Positions 1 to 9,660 of a stretch of DNA of 64,000 nucleotides are shown in pieces. Every line of letters starts with the position of its first letter. The first letter of the stretch is position 1. Made by a program: the position numbers and the translations under genes. Source of the stretch: Gammaproteobacteria bacterium (GTDB taxonomy: Bacteria > Pseudomonadota > Gammaproteobacteria > Eutrophobiales > Eutrophobiaceae); NCBI GenBank assembly GCA_965248145.1, contig OZ252091.1, positions 2,626,649-2,690,648 of the forward strand, written 5' to 3'. The notes under the pieces are model-generated. The model was not told the origin of the DNA. It saw nothing but the letters and a program-made list of their open reading frames with translations, and searched no databases.

Positions 1-111
1 AGCGTTACATCCAGGCCCGCTGCCGCATAAAAACCGTAGCGTTTGGCGACAAAATGGCAAAGCAGTTCGTGTATATCAAATGCTTTGATGCCGCATTGAA
101 CAGCATTCATT
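1..111 (-). CDS. Partial ORF, N-terminus only (MNAVQCGIKAFDIHELLCHFVAKRYGFYAAAGLDVT...). It runs off the window start. Possibly an NMT1/THI5-like substrate-binding domain protein.
   Basis: Reverse strand from ATG at 109-111 stays open to position 1. Weak resemblance to SsuA/NMT1-type N-termini. Not in the ORF track because it is shorter than 60 aa. Confidence 0.2.
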
Positions 112-203
112 GATAAAAGAGTGAACGATGATCCGGGCAAGCTGCAGAAGCAGCATTTACGCCCGGATCAAAACTTGCATTTCAGATATTTACCGGCGCC
201 TGC

Positions 204-2339
204 TCAGGCTGCACGCTCAACCTGCACCAGGCTGTCAAATACCCTGGGGGCGTGCCCCATGTCGGCAAAATCCGCGGACGATACGACGTTGGCGGTACCA
301 TTGTTCAATTGCCGCCAGTAGCCCAGGGATGACACCACCAGACCCGAATTGACGTCGTCAGTCACTTTGGCAACCACCACGAAGGCGCCCCGGTCATTAA
401 AAACGCGTACCTGGTCTCCTTCACTGATACCCCGTGCCTCGGCATCCGCTTCACTGATCATCACGAACTGGTCGCCCTGCCTCTTGATCTTGTTATCCAT
501 ATTTGCATAACAGGAATTCAGGAAAGCGTGACTCTTGGGAGCGATAATATTCAGAGGGTATTTCTCTGCCAGTTCCGGATTGGTCTCGGGCGCTTCTTTT
601 GACGGCACATAATCAGGCAGGCTGTCTAACGGTTCGCTATTGCCCGGTTGCATATCCTCGTACATCTGCCGGAACGGCGCGATGACAAAATTACCGTTGG
701 ACGCGGTTTCCGAGAAAAATTCACACTTGCCTGATGGCGTCGGGAAATTGCCCTCCTTATGCGGCGCCCGTACATCCGGCTCGCCGATCTTGATGCGTGC
801 ATAACCGTGATCGCGCAGGTAATCCACATTGATGCCCTCACAGGCCGGCGAATCCCAGTCAACAAAATGCTCCAGGCACTCGCTGTCAGACCACTTGAAG
901 CGGTCTTCCTCAAAGCCCATGCGCGCGGCCAGGCGGTTGAAAATATCGTTATTGGACAAAACCTCGCCGGGCGGTTCGGCACACTTGGTATTGTAGGTAA
1001 GATAGTTGTGCCCCCAGGACAGGATGATATCCTCCATTTCCGCCCCCATGGCGGCAGGCAGAACGATATCTGCGTAGGCCGCCGTATCGGAGATAAAGTG
1101 CTCAGCGGAGACCATGAACAAGTCTTCCCGTTCCAGGCCCTTGACGATCTTGTCTGCTTCAGGCGCCTGGGTGACCGGGTTGGAGTTCCAGCACATCATG
1201 GACATGATCGGCGGATCCAGGTCCATCTCGCCGGTAAGCGCCCGGCCGATCTGCAGGTTATTGATGACCCGCGTGCCTTTCGGAATAAGCTGAGGTTGCG
1301 ATATCACGTCCAGCTTGTAGGGATGTTCCCAGAACGTCATCTGGTAAATGCCGCCACCCACTTCGCGCCAGGCGCCGGTCAGGGACGGCAGACAACTGAT
1401 GGCGCGTATCGCCTGACCACCGCCCCAGTTTCTTTCCACGGCAACGCCAATGCGAATAGCGGCCGGGTTGTTGGCTGCATATTCACGCGCCAGGGTACGG
1501 ATATCATTGGCACTGATACCGGTGATCCCGGCAGCCCACTCGGGCGTACGCGTGCTGGCCCTATCTGCCAGTTCCTTAAAGCCGACGGTGTAGTTATCCA
1601 CGTAATCCTGATCAAGCAGGTTCTCTTCAATAATGGTATTGATCATCGCCATGGCCAGGGCGCCGTCAGTACCGGGACGTATTGTTATGTGCCAGTCGGC
1701 CTGTCTGGCGGTGCGTGAACGGTAGGGATCAATCACGATCAGTTTGGCCCCTCTGTCCTTGGCATCTTTAACAAAATGCCAGGCGTGCAGGTTGGTGCTG
1801 ACGCTGTTGCAACCCCATAGAATAATGTATTTGGAATGGGCAAAACTTTCCGGGTCAACGCCGCTGGTGGGGCCGTTGGTCAATACCCAGGCCGTTGCCG
1901 ATCCCTCGCCACAGAAAGTACGCTCACACACCGTAGCGCCCAGCTTGTTGAAAAAGGCGTCTCCGCCGTTCAAGCCATGTATCAGCCCCTGGTGCCCCAG
2001 GTAGCTGTAGGGAGCTATAGCCTGTGTACCATACTCATCGATGATGTCTTTCCAGCGACTGATCACTTCGTTGAGCGCCTCATCCCAGGAGATACGTTCG
2101 AATTGCTTGCTGCCCTTCGGGCCGGTCCGGCGCAAGGGGTGGAGAACGCGATCAGGATGGTAATGGCGTTTCTCATAATCATCGAGCTTTACACACAAAC
2201 CCCCGCGCGTCATGGGATGATCCGGGTTTCCGTGTACTCCGGTTAGTTTTCCGTCCTCAACCTCAAAAACCATGGAACAGGTATCGGGACAATCATGCGG
2301 GCAACCGCCATAATAAGTTTCTTTTAATTGTGCAGACAT
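204..2339 (-). CDS. Molybdopterin-dependent oxidoreductase of the DMSO-reductase / bis-MGD superfamily, with an N-terminal 4Fe-4S cysteine motif.
   Basis: Start placed at MSAQLKETYYGGCPHDCPDTC (a Cx3Cx3C...C Fe-S motif). The following MTRGGLCVK motif, the overall length (~710 aa) and the C-terminal molybdopterin-dinucleotide-binding-like region fit COG0243-type enzymes. Confidence 0.8.
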   Translation of the reverse strand: MSAQLKETYYGGCPHDCPDTCSMVFEVEDGKLTGVHGNPDHPMTRGGLCVKLDDYEKRHYHPDRVLHPLRRTGPKGSKQFERISWDEALNEVISRWKDIIDEYGTQAIAPYSYLGHQGLIHGLNGGDAFFNKLGATVCERTFCGEGSATAWVLTNGPTSGVDPESFAHSKYIILWGCNSVSTNLHAWHFVKDAKDRGAKLIVIDPYRSRTARQADWHITIRPGTDGALAMAMINTIIEENLLDQDYVDNYTVGFKELADRASTRTPEWAAGITGISANDIRTLAREYAANNPAAIRIGVAVERNWGGGQAIRAISCLPSLTGAWREVGGGIYQMTFWEHPYKLDVISQPQLIPKGTRVINNLQIGRALTGEMDLDPPIMSMMCWNSNPVTQAPEADKIVKGLEREDLFMVSAEHFISDTAAYADIVLPAAMGAEMEDIILSWGHNYLTYNTKCAEPPGEVLSNNDIFNRLAARMGFEEDRFKWSDSECLEHFVDWDSPACEGINVDYLRDHGYARIKIGEPDVRAPHKEGNFPTPSGKCEFFSETASNGNFVIAPFRQMYEDMQPGNSEPLDSLPDYVPSKEAPETNPELAEKYPLNIIAPKSHAFLNSCYANMDNKIKRQGDQFVMISEADAEARGISEGDQVRVFNDRGAFVVVAKVTDDVNSGLVVSSLGYWRQLNNGTANVVSSADFADMGHAPRVFDSLVQVERAA

Positions 2340-2506
2340 GGCACTACGCCTCCCCTCGGGACAGTAAGTATTAACACCAAGAGTATAGTACAAGAATTGA
2401 AAAATAAAGGTCAAAAATGCATCAATCGGCAAAATTTTATGGTCTTGCAGGTCGAGCCTCGTAATATATTTGATTTTACCGGGGTTTTGTGAGTACTCTA
2501 ACCTGC

Positions 2507-3076
2507 ATGAAACGAATTATTGTCGGTATGTCCGGCGCCAGCGGCCTGCCCTACGGTATTCGCCTGGTGGAAGTACTGGCCGAGTTGCCGGACATTGAAA
2601 CCCACTTGGTCATGACCAACGCGGCCAAGCTTAATATCGGTATTGAAACGGAACACAGCGTTACCGACATCGAAGCAAAAGCCGACGTGGTCCATAACGT
2701 AAAAGACGTTGCGGCCAACATCTCCAGCGGTTCTTTCAGGACCGAAGGCATGATTGTCGCCCCCTGCTCCATGCGGACACTGTCGGCGATTACTCACTCT
2801 TATGCCGAGAACCTGCTGGTACGGGCTGCCGACGTGGTCCTCAAAGAGCGCCGGCGCCTGGTGATCATGCCCCGCGAGACCCCGTTACACACGGGGCACT
2901 GTAAATTATTCTACGAAGCCTCGCTCCTGGGAGCGATCATGGCGCCGCCTACTCCGGCGTTTTATAATCGCCCCCAAAGCATCGATGATATAGTCAACAC
3001 CAGTATCGGACGGGTACTGGACCTGTTTGATATCGAAACCGGCATCGTAAAGCGCTGGTCAGGCATGAATAACTAG
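2507..3076 (+). CDS. ubiX: Flavin prenyltransferase UbiX / Pad1 family (prFMN synthase).
   Basis: The MKRIIVGMSGASGLPYGIRLVEVL N-terminus is the hallmark flavoprotein fold of UbiX. Length is about 190 aa. It is the partner of the nearby UbiD-family decarboxylase. Confidence 0.85.
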   Translation: MKRIIVGMSGASGLPYGIRLVEVLAELPDIETHLVMTNAAKLNIGIETEHSVTDIEAKADVVHNVKDVAANISSGSFRTEGMIVAPCSMRTLSAITHSYAENLLVRAADVVLKERRRLVIMPRETPLHTGHCKLFYEASLLGAIMAPPTPAFYNRPQSIDDIVNTSIGRVLDLFDIETGIVKRWSGMNN

Positions 3077-3080
3077 ATAT

Positions 3081-3160
3081 TTGGGGTCAGAGTAAAAATA
3101 CGGCTGATTTGGTAGAGGACGCGGGCTTATTGTTGAGTATTTTTACTCTGACCCCAAATA
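3081..3160. repeat. Palindromic hairpin element (type B): TTGGGGTCAGAGTAAAAATA ... TATTTTTACTCTGACCCCAAA.
   Basis: An ~20-bp perfect inverted repeat separated by about 40 bp. A second copy lies at 18896-18978. It sits immediately after the ubiX stop, between convergent genes, so it could act as a bidirectional terminator. Confidence 0.7.
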
Positions 3161-3176
3161 TGAAATCGTCAGTTAA

Positions 3177-3300
3177 GCCACAGAGGACACAGAGATCACA
3201 GAGTAAATCGAGAATCATTTTGAATCATGGGTAACCTTTATGTTTATCGATTTATCTTATCCATTATTCATTTTGTTTTTATCTCTGTGTCCTCTGTGGC
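3177..3300. mobile_element. MITE-like intergenic repeat (type A), full copy.
   Basis: Termini are GCCACAGAGGACACAGAGATCACAGAGT ... TCTCTGTGTCCTCTGTGGC. The same ~125-135 bp element with inverted ends recurs at 4789-4920, 9467-9649 and 40192-40323. Confidence 0.75.
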
Positions 3301-3320
3301 AAGAAAAAAAGCAGGGTTAA

Positions 3321-4754
3321 TCAGGCAAACAGGTTGCCGGGGTCCAGCGCCTGTTTGAGCCTTGTGCGTAATTCGCTCATTCCGGCGTTATCATAGCTTG
3401 CCAATGCCCTGTCCAGGTGGCCGGTGCTGATGTGGCTCACCCCGAATCCCCTGTCCGTCATCGTATCTATCAGCGCGTCAAGACAGGCGATAGCCCTGTC
3501 CTGGGCCGCGTCCTGATACGTGAGGTAAACCCGTTGAATAATGGAGCGCCAACCAACCGCATATTCCGTCAGGTAATCAAATCCTCTTTTTTGCAGCGTG
3601 TCGGTGACCAGTTTATTCATCTTCAATACCTGCCGGCCGTCAACAGGCGCGACAAAACCGGCGTACAAGTGTGAATGACCGGACCAGTTCCCCGGGTTAT
3701 TGAACTCGGTCGATGGTTGCCCGCGCATCATCCTCTCCCGGTTGGAAAACACCGGGTTTGTGGCCTGCGTCTTTAAATCGATGACCCTGGCTCCGCCAAT
3801 GCCGGCAAAAGCGCCCTGCACCATGGGCCATAACACATCGACGTTGGGGGGAGTGTTATACAGCGCGCCGTACAGGGTCCAAAGTCCCAGGCCATAATCC
3901 GTCTTCAGCCTTTCCATATCAACAGTATTACCGTCGGCATAATCCTGCCGGGACCTGAAAGGACTCACGTCGAGAAGCGGATTACTGATAACAACGGTGT
4001 TCGGTATGATCACGTTGACTTTAAATGATCGCAATATCTCAACGGCCTGTGCCATGTCACTGACAGCTTCCAGGGTGACTGCGAAAGGTTGATAAGCAGG
4101 CGGCGCCGGCATCAACCAGACCCCCATTTTGGTCACCACCCCGAGGTTGGATTGCGTAAACAAGCCATCCAGGTAGGGGCCGTAGGCATATTTCGCCAAT
4201 TGCCAGGTATTGCTGTTCGGCATGGCGCCCATACCCAGCCTGACCAACCCGCCGTCTGCCAGCATGACTTCCATCCCACACTGCATCATCGTATGATCGC
4301 CATACGCGGTATAACCAAACTCCCGGGCAGTGATACTGCCGGCAACGGAATTCAATCCATTCCTGTCACAGTCCACCCACAGACCGGTCTTGTTTTCCTC
4401 CAGGTACTCGTTCAGTTGCGCATAACTCACGCCCGGTTCCACCAGGGCATAAGCGCCTTTGGTGTTTACCTCCACGATGTTATTCATCCGGGATTGGTCC
4501 ACAACCAGGACATCCTTATCCGTTGAGGCATTGACCACACCCCCGTTAGCGGCAAGATTGGGCAGTATCCAGAGTGAAACACCTCTTTTGGCAGCGGCCG
4601 ACAATACTGTCCTCAACTGTTCAACGTCTTTGGGAAGAACCGCGCCGACAGGCGTTTTGCCGAAGCTCCCGTAACGCTCGCTGACAACCGAGCCTGACAA
4701 CACGGCGGTTTTACCCAGTTTACGCCTCAGTTCAGTGACTATCCGGTTTGCCAT
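3321..4754 (-). CDS. VAO/PCMH-family FAD-linked oxidase (vanillyl-alcohol oxidase / 4-cresol dehydrogenase flavoprotein-like), with no signal peptide.
   Basis: A 477-aa paralogue of the ORF at 7051-8691, showing the same block order (…GAYALVEPGVSY…, …MPAPPAYQPF…) typical of PCMH-type FAD-binding domains. Confidence 0.75.
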   Translation of the reverse strand: MANRIVTELRRKLGKTAVLSGSVVSERYGSFGKTPVGAVLPKDVEQLRTVLSAAAKRGVSLWILPNLAANGGVVNASTDKDVLVVDQSRMNNIVEVNTKGAYALVEPGVSYAQLNEYLEENKTGLWVDCDRNGLNSVAGSITAREFGYTAYGDHTMMQCGMEVMLADGGLVRLGMGAMPNSNTWQLAKYAYGPYLDGLFTQSNLGVVTKMGVWLMPAPPAYQPFAVTLEAVSDMAQAVEILRSFKVNVIIPNTVVISNPLLDVSPFRSRQDYADGNTVDMERLKTDYGLGLWTLYGALYNTPPNVDVLWPMVQGAFAGIGGARVIDLKTQATNPVFSNRERMMRGQPSTEFNNPGNWSGHSHLYAGFVAPVDGRQVLKMNKLVTDTLQKRGFDYLTEYAVGWRSIIQRVYLTYQDAAQDRAIACLDALIDTMTDRGFGVSHISTGHLDRALASYDNAGMSELRTRLKQALDPGNLFA

Positions 4755-4788
4755 CTACACTCATCCTGTCAGGAAACGGAATTTGTTT

Positions 4789-4920
4789 GCCACAGAGGAC
4801 ACAGAGATCACAGAGTGAATCGAGATTCTTTTTGATACTTGGGCAACCAGAATGGTTAGCAATTTATCTTGATCATCATTCATATTATTTTTTCTCTGTG
4901 TCCTCTGTGTCCTCTGTGGC
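4789..4920. mobile_element. MITE-like intergenic repeat (type A), full copy.
   Basis: Same terminal sequences as 3177-3300, with the 3' end duplicated (TGTCCTCTGTGTCCTCTGTGGC). Confidence 0.75.
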
Positions 4921-4935
4921 GTAAATGTTTAATTT

Positions 4936-5178
4936 TTAATGCACTTCGTCCGTTTTCGCGGGAGGAATATTGTGTTTGTATTCTTCAGGGTGATCCGGGT
5001 CTGCCCGGAACCAGGCTTCCCGTTTCGCATAGTCCGTGGATTCATCGGGCTCGCTGTCGCGCCAGGTAAACGAACAACGCCGGCAGTGAAAAACGGTCCA
5101 GACGATTTCATCCCCTTCCCTGCCCTGGTATTCGACGCGCAGGTGTTCTTCGGCTGAGCGGCAGCGGGGGCAACTCAT
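4936..5178 (-). CDS. Small zinc-ribbon subunit D of a VdcBCD/BsdBCD-type phenolic acid decarboxylase.
   Basis: 80 aa, with the CPRC...WTVFHCRRCSFTWRDSEP pattern characteristic of VdcD/BsdD/EcdD-like subunits. It overlaps the upstream UbiD-family gene by 4 nt. Confidence 0.65.
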   Translation of the reverse strand: MSCPRCRSAEEHLRVEYQGREGDEIVWTVFHCRRCSFTWRDSEPDESTDYAKREAWFRADPDHPEEYKHNIPPAKTDEVH

Positions 5179-6659
5179 TGGCTTTCCGCCTCTTTTTGCA
5201 GTTGTTGGATATATTTTGCCAGGTCATCAATTTCGACGCCCCTGGGTGGCGATACAATCTTCGCGTCACCGCCGATGGGGTCGGGAGGCATGAAACTGGT
5301 GGCGTCAATGATTAAACGATGGCCCTTGCCCGGAATTTCCGCGGCCGGGTCAATGATTACCAGAGGCATATTCGGTATGACGATAATATCGTTGGCGCGA
5401 GTGCGGGTGGACAAGGCCCACATCACCTGGTTGAGGTCAAAGGGATCGACGTCATCATCCACCAGGATAAGATTTTTCAGGTACATCAGGCCATGGGGCG
5501 TTCCCAGGGCGCGCATGGCCACTGACTTGGCAAAACCGGCAAACCGATTCTTCACTGAAATAATCCCGGTCAGGCCATGCTGGTACAAGGCATTCACCGC
5601 GACAACCTCAGGGAAGTTTTCCTTTAACTGGGAATAGATGGGCGCACTAGTGCTCAGCCCGATCAGCGTATCGTGTTCGGTCCAACCTTTGCCGATATAA
5701 ATATTTTCAAAGATCGGGTCGGTACGGTGGGAAACGGCGGTGACCTGGAATAAGGGGACATGCCGGATACCGCTGTAACTGCCCGGAAATTCTCCGAACG
5801 GCCCCTCCAGGCAACGCCGGTTATTCAGCAACTGCGCTTCTATTACCATCTCCGCGCCGGCGAGAATGTCCAGACCGTTGCCGGAGCGGGTCAATTCAAT
5901 GGGACTGCCCATCATCTGCGAGGCATAGGCAAATTCCGATTCATCGTAATTGACGGGCGTGGCGGCAAACATGGCCATGGCCGGGTGGTTGCCGAGCATC
6001 ACGGCGATTTTCAGCGGGACATCATCCTCTTCCGCCATGCGGATCTGTTGCGCCATATCGTGGGACGGGACGGACAACAAGGTGAACTTATCCGGACCTT
6101 GTACCTGGATGCGATAAATTCCCACGTTCTGTTTGGAAAAATTATCCGGGTCACGGGGATCGCGACTGACGATATTGGCCTTGGCAATATAAAAACCACC
6201 GTCCAGGGCATTGATACGATACAGGGGCAGCAGGTCATACAGGTTGACATCGGTCTTGATCCTGTTCTCATTCACCGGTGCGTCTTCCGGTTTCACCCTG
6301 TCTATCAACGGCCGGTCGGAACCCCAGCGACCCGTCAGTTCGTAGAATAATTCCCTGATAGTGGTCCCTTTCTGCCGACCCAGCAGCAAGGCAATATTGG
6401 AAAAACTGCCATGCACCCCTACCACGAGCCGTTTCCCCGGATAGCCGCGGATCTTGTCGAACAGGATGGCCGGCCCGGTCATCGCGTCGCGACCCGCCGC
6501 AACAACAACCTTACGGATATCGGGTTCAGGCATCACGACATCCGGCCAGGTAATACACTGTCCGTGCTCGGCCAGTAATTCGAGATAATCCCTCAAACAG
6601 CGGACCCGTTCGGCTACGGCCCGGGCCTCGGTCGATAAGCTGGAGGTTTCCATATCCAT
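5175..6659 (-). CDS. UbiD-family prFMN-dependent (de)carboxylase (VdcC/BsdC-like hydroxyarylic acid decarboxylase).
   Basis: 494 aa, with UbiD-family conserved blocks. Its start overlaps the stop of the preceding cytochrome c gene, and it is followed by a D-subunit gene with ubiX nearby. Confidence 0.85.
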   Translation of the reverse strand: MDMETSSLSTEARAVAERVRCLRDYLELLAEHGQCITWPDVVMPEPDIRKVVVAAGRDAMTGPAILFDKIRGYPGKRLVVGVHGSFSNIALLLGRQKGTTIRELFYELTGRWGSDRPLIDRVKPEDAPVNENRIKTDVNLYDLLPLYRINALDGGFYIAKANIVSRDPRDPDNFSKQNVGIYRIQVQGPDKFTLLSVPSHDMAQQIRMAEEDDVPLKIAVMLGNHPAMAMFAATPVNYDESEFAYASQMMGSPIELTRSGNGLDILAGAEMVIEAQLLNNRRCLEGPFGEFPGSYSGIRHVPLFQVTAVSHRTDPIFENIYIGKGWTEHDTLIGLSTSAPIYSQLKENFPEVVAVNALYQHGLTGIISVKNRFAGFAKSVAMRALGTPHGLMYLKNLILVDDDVDPFDLNQVMWALSTRTRANDIIVIPNMPLVIIDPAAEIPGKGHRLIIDATSFMPPDPIGGDAKIVSPPRGVEIDDLAKYIQQLQKEAESQ

Positions 6660-7045
6660 CAGTTTACTTCATCCGTAATATAGCTTGCCAGCGCGTCCAA
6701 CTGGCGGTCGGTAATTTCGGTGGGGCGAAACGGCGGCATCAGCTTGAAACCCTCTCTCACTACGGTCTTGATATAGTCGGGCGGTAATTCATCCCGGTTG
6801 AGCAGGACCGCTTGCTGCTCACCCAGTCTTTCCTGTAAGCGCATGGTCCCCGGATGACCCGGCCCCGCGCCATGACAGGCTATGCAATATAACTCAAATA
6901 ACGCTTTTCCGTCATGCGTGCCTGCCATTGCACCGGTCGGTTCAGTTACCTGCCCGGCTTTGCCTGCCCCGGCAGACTGGTCGTCTCCACAGCCCGCCAG
7001 CAAAAACAGGGCTGACAGGAGAACGACACCTCGATAATTCGTCAT
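6659..7045 (-). CDS. Mono-haem cytochrome c lipoprotein, PchC-like subunit of a p-cresol methylhydroxylase-type flavocytochrome.
   Basis: Lipobox LLAGCG and a single CIACH haem motif. It lies immediately downstream of the Tat-exported PCMH-like flavoprotein. Confidence 0.7.
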   Translation of the reverse strand: MTNYRGVVLLSALFLLAGCGDDQSAGAGKAGQVTEPTGAMAGTHDGKALFELYCIACHGAGPGHPGTMRLQERLGEQQAVLLNRDELPPDYIKTVVREGFKLMPPFRPTEITDRQLDALASYITDEVN

Positions 7046-7050
7046 AGCCG

Positions 7051-8691
7051 CTAACCCGGCCAGATACCACTTTTGCCCGGAGATAAAATACCGTCCGGGT
7101 CCAGTGCCTGTTTCAGTCTATGGTGTAATTTCCACAGCGCCCCGTCATTCCAGTTGTAGGTGCCGGCGATCTCGTCCATAAAATCAAGGTGGGTGCGATA
7201 CTCGCCATAACCCTGTTCGGCAAAATCGTTGACAAGGTGGCCAAAACACTCGTGGGCGCGCCGCCGTTCGTCATCATTCAGGCGGTCAAACACGAGTTGG
7301 AAGATATTCAGCAGCTCCCGCCACCCCACCAGAAACTCACCGATATAATCGAAACCATATTCGTTGGCGCGGTCCCTTATCAGCGTGAATTGTTTCATGG
7401 AGTCTTCGCCGGTTACCGGTGAACGCGGCGAGAAATCAATGTGCGCCCCACTGCCTACCCAGTTCATTAAACTGAATTCGGTCATATTCGGCACGCCTTT
7501 CATGAGTTTCACCCGGTAGCGCCAGGCCGGGTCGTTGGGTCGGTCTCCCTCAAAGAAAAACCGGGCGCCGGGTATGCTGCGAAAAGCCTCTTCCAATACT
7601 TTCCAGTTGTTATCCATGATCGGTTCGGGCCCATACAGGGCGCCGTAAAAATTCCACATGCCGATGTCCAGGTCATCCGCCATCTTCCGGCGATGGCGCA
7701 TGGGCATGGGACCTTTACCGCCGTAATACTGCTTTCTTGTCGCTCTCGGGGCCGCTTCCCAGATCAGGCCTACCGTCGTCGCGGCATTGGGTATCAGCAT
7801 ATTAAGCCGCAAGGGACCGACAACTTCCGTGATCTGGTAGAGATCTTCCTCCCGCGGGAAAGTCACCAGGTACGGCCGGTAACCCGGCGGCTCCGGCATC
7901 AACCAGATGCCCACTTTCGTAATAACGCCGAAATTTGACTGGGTAAACATGCCCTCGACCCAGGGACCGCAACCATACTTGTACAGGCCGGACGTAGCGG
8001 AGTTCGATAAAGCGCCCATACCGGTATCGACGACGGTGCCGTCGGCAAGCACCACCTGCATTCCGCAATTCATCAACAGGTGATCGCCATAGGGAGTATA
8101 TCCGGCGCCATGCTCCGACAGGTTGCCCAGTACACTGCCCCAACCCGGCGCCGCGGGATCTATCCATAATTTGCTGCCGCGTTTTTGTAAATAGTTATAC
8201 AACTCAAAATAGCTGACGCCTGGCTCAACCACCGCATAACCGTGGTCTTCATTGACTTCGATGATACGCTTCATACGGTTCAAATCGAGGACAAAATAAC
8301 CGGGTTTTATCGGCGCCGGACCGCCATAGGCAAAGTTCTTGCCGGTGGAAATAGTCCACAGGGGAATCCGGTAACTGCGGGCAATTCTCAGGATTGCCTG
8401 GATTTCTTCAACGGTCCCGGGGGCTACCGCGGCAGCCGGCATGTGCGCCTCGTCCGGCAGCGTGGCATATACGTCCCGATAAGTCCTTACTTCCTGATCA
8501 TCGGTAAATACCCACTTGTCACCAACGGCCTGACGCAGTTCAGCGACGGCATGGTTAAACTGACCGGGAGTCAATGTATCCGGCAGCGGTCGCTCCGGTG
8601 AACTGTCAGGTAATACCTGGCCGGCATGGCTGATGAGGGGCGCGCCCGCCGCCGCAGCTGATGATTTCAGAAATGTTCTTCTTGTTACCAT
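7051..8691 (-). CDS. Tat-exported PCMH/VAO-family flavoprotein (4-cresol dehydrogenase / eugenol hydroxylase flavoprotein-subunit-like).
   Basis: Twin-arginine signal MVTRRTFLKSSAAAAGAPL and an FAD-binding PCMH-type domain. Length (546 aa) and the downstream cytochrome c partner fit PchF or EhyB-type enzymes. Confidence 0.8.
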   Translation of the reverse strand: MVTRRTFLKSSAAAAGAPLISHAGQVLPDSSPERPLPDTLTPGQFNHAVAELRQAVGDKWVFTDDQEVRTYRDVYATLPDEAHMPAAAVAPGTVEEIQAILRIARSYRIPLWTISTGKNFAYGGPAPIKPGYFVLDLNRMKRIIEVNEDHGYAVVEPGVSYFELYNYLQKRGSKLWIDPAAPGWGSVLGNLSEHGAGYTPYGDHLLMNCGMQVVLADGTVVDTGMGALSNSATSGLYKYGCGPWVEGMFTQSNFGVITKVGIWLMPEPPGYRPYLVTFPREEDLYQITEVVGPLRLNMLIPNAATTVGLIWEAAPRATRKQYYGGKGPMPMRHRRKMADDLDIGMWNFYGALYGPEPIMDNNWKVLEEAFRSIPGARFFFEGDRPNDPAWRYRVKLMKGVPNMTEFSLMNWVGSGAHIDFSPRSPVTGEDSMKQFTLIRDRANEYGFDYIGEFLVGWRELLNIFQLVFDRLNDDERRRAHECFGHLVNDFAEQGYGEYRTHLDFMDEIAGTYNWNDGALWKLHHRLKQALDPDGILSPGKSGIWPG

Positions 8692-8702
8692 GACTCAGGA
8701 TT

Positions 8703-9446
8703 CTAGCCCTGGTTGAGTTTCAGATGTGATCCGTCACACCAGGGTTTGGTTTTTGAATACTTGCAACCACACAGCGCCACATGCTGGAATTCCTCCAGTT
8801 TAAATTCCAACGGTACACGCTTTGTTTCCTTATGGGAACCATCACAAAACGGTTGATTGCGGGAGCGACCACAGGCGCACCAGTAATAATCGCCCTTCTC
8901 CAGGTTCATCAAATAAGGGGAATTACGGCTGCCATCCGGGAATTTAGCCTTCACCCAGCCTTCTTTGTATGGACTGACCATATTCAATTTTAATTCCATG
9001 GATTGAAAATACCAGCGTCCGTCCTGTTTTACACATTGGCAGTCATAAGTACCGCCTATCCAGTGGGATTCCGCCTCGTCCGTGTGCGGGTTGGGCACGG
9101 TCGCCGATTCCCACAGGTACCAGAATAGCGTTGCCGTGCTGCCATCCGGAGCAATATCGATAAGTGGGGAGATCATGTAATGCAGCGACCACCAGATCTT
9201 CTCGCCGGCAATCCCATGCAGTCCTTTTGCCAGTTTATCCCGGCCATAATATTTTCCAAACCCCTTGCATTCCCAGGTGGCATCCTCGGCAAAACAGGGA
9301 CCGATAACTTCAGGGTCGTTGCCGCGATCGCAGCCCCTGGCATAGGTAACAATCAGGCGCTGTATCGCATCTACGTCTTCGAGGCGACTCAACTTGGCGT
9401 CCAGTTTTTCCAGCAGTCCCTTTATTTCCTTGAGTTCATTATTCAT
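8703..9446 (-). CDS. Fusion protein: an N-terminal NTF2/SnoaL-like domain (ring-hydroxylating-dioxygenase beta-subunit-like) joined to two C-terminal CDGSH iron-sulfur domains.
   Basis: The N-terminal ~150 aa resemble SnoaL_4 / RHO beta subunits (IQRLIVTYARGCDRGND...). The C-terminus carries two CDGSH motifs (C-x-C-x9-CDGSH twice: CACGRSRNQPFCDGSH and CGCKYSKTKPWCDGSH). Confidence 0.7.
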   Translation of the reverse strand: MNNELKEIKGLLEKLDAKLSRLEDVDAIQRLIVTYARGCDRGNDPEVIGPCFAEDATWECKGFGKYYGRDKLAKGLHGIAGEKIWWSLHYMISPLIDIAPDGSTATLFWYLWESATVPNPHTDEAESHWIGGTYDCQCVKQDGRWYFQSMELKLNMVSPYKEGWVKAKFPDGSRNSPYLMNLEKGDYYWCACGRSRNQPFCDGSHKETKRVPLEFKLEEFQHVALCGCKYSKTKPWCDGSHLKLNQG

Positions 9447-9466
9447 ATCGTTACCTTTATAAATCA

Positions 9467-9649
9467 GCCACAGAGGACACAGAGATCACAGAATCAGGGA
9501 AGAAGCAGGTTGGGATGGCCTTTTTAAGACCGTCGCCAGCCAGGGATGGCTGGCGATGAGCGTACAGGGACGTATTCACAGCGTGTCTTAAAAAGGCCAT
9601 GCCAACCTGCTGGAGTTATTATATTGAATGACTCTGTGTCCTCTGTGGC
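9467..9649. mobile_element. MITE-like repeat (type A ends) with a different internal core containing nested palindromes.
   Basis: It has the same GCCACAGAGGACACAGAGATCACAGA / CTCTGTGTCCTCTGTGGC termini. The interior carries the inverted repeats AGGTTGGGATGGCCTTTTTAAGAC / GTCTTAAAAAGGCCATGCCAACCT and CGCCAGCC-AGGG-ATGGCTGGCG. Confidence 0.7.
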
Positions 9650-9660
9650 TGTTCACTTTG

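Noticed and set aside
759-2246. Internal and antisense ORFs (319, 136, 118 aa) within the molybdopterin oxidoreductase gene, and similar ones inside the nuo, UbiD and TBDR genes.
   Set aside because: They are nested in or opposite to genes with strong homology signatures. They have no conserved motifs and their composition is typical of out-of-frame translation.
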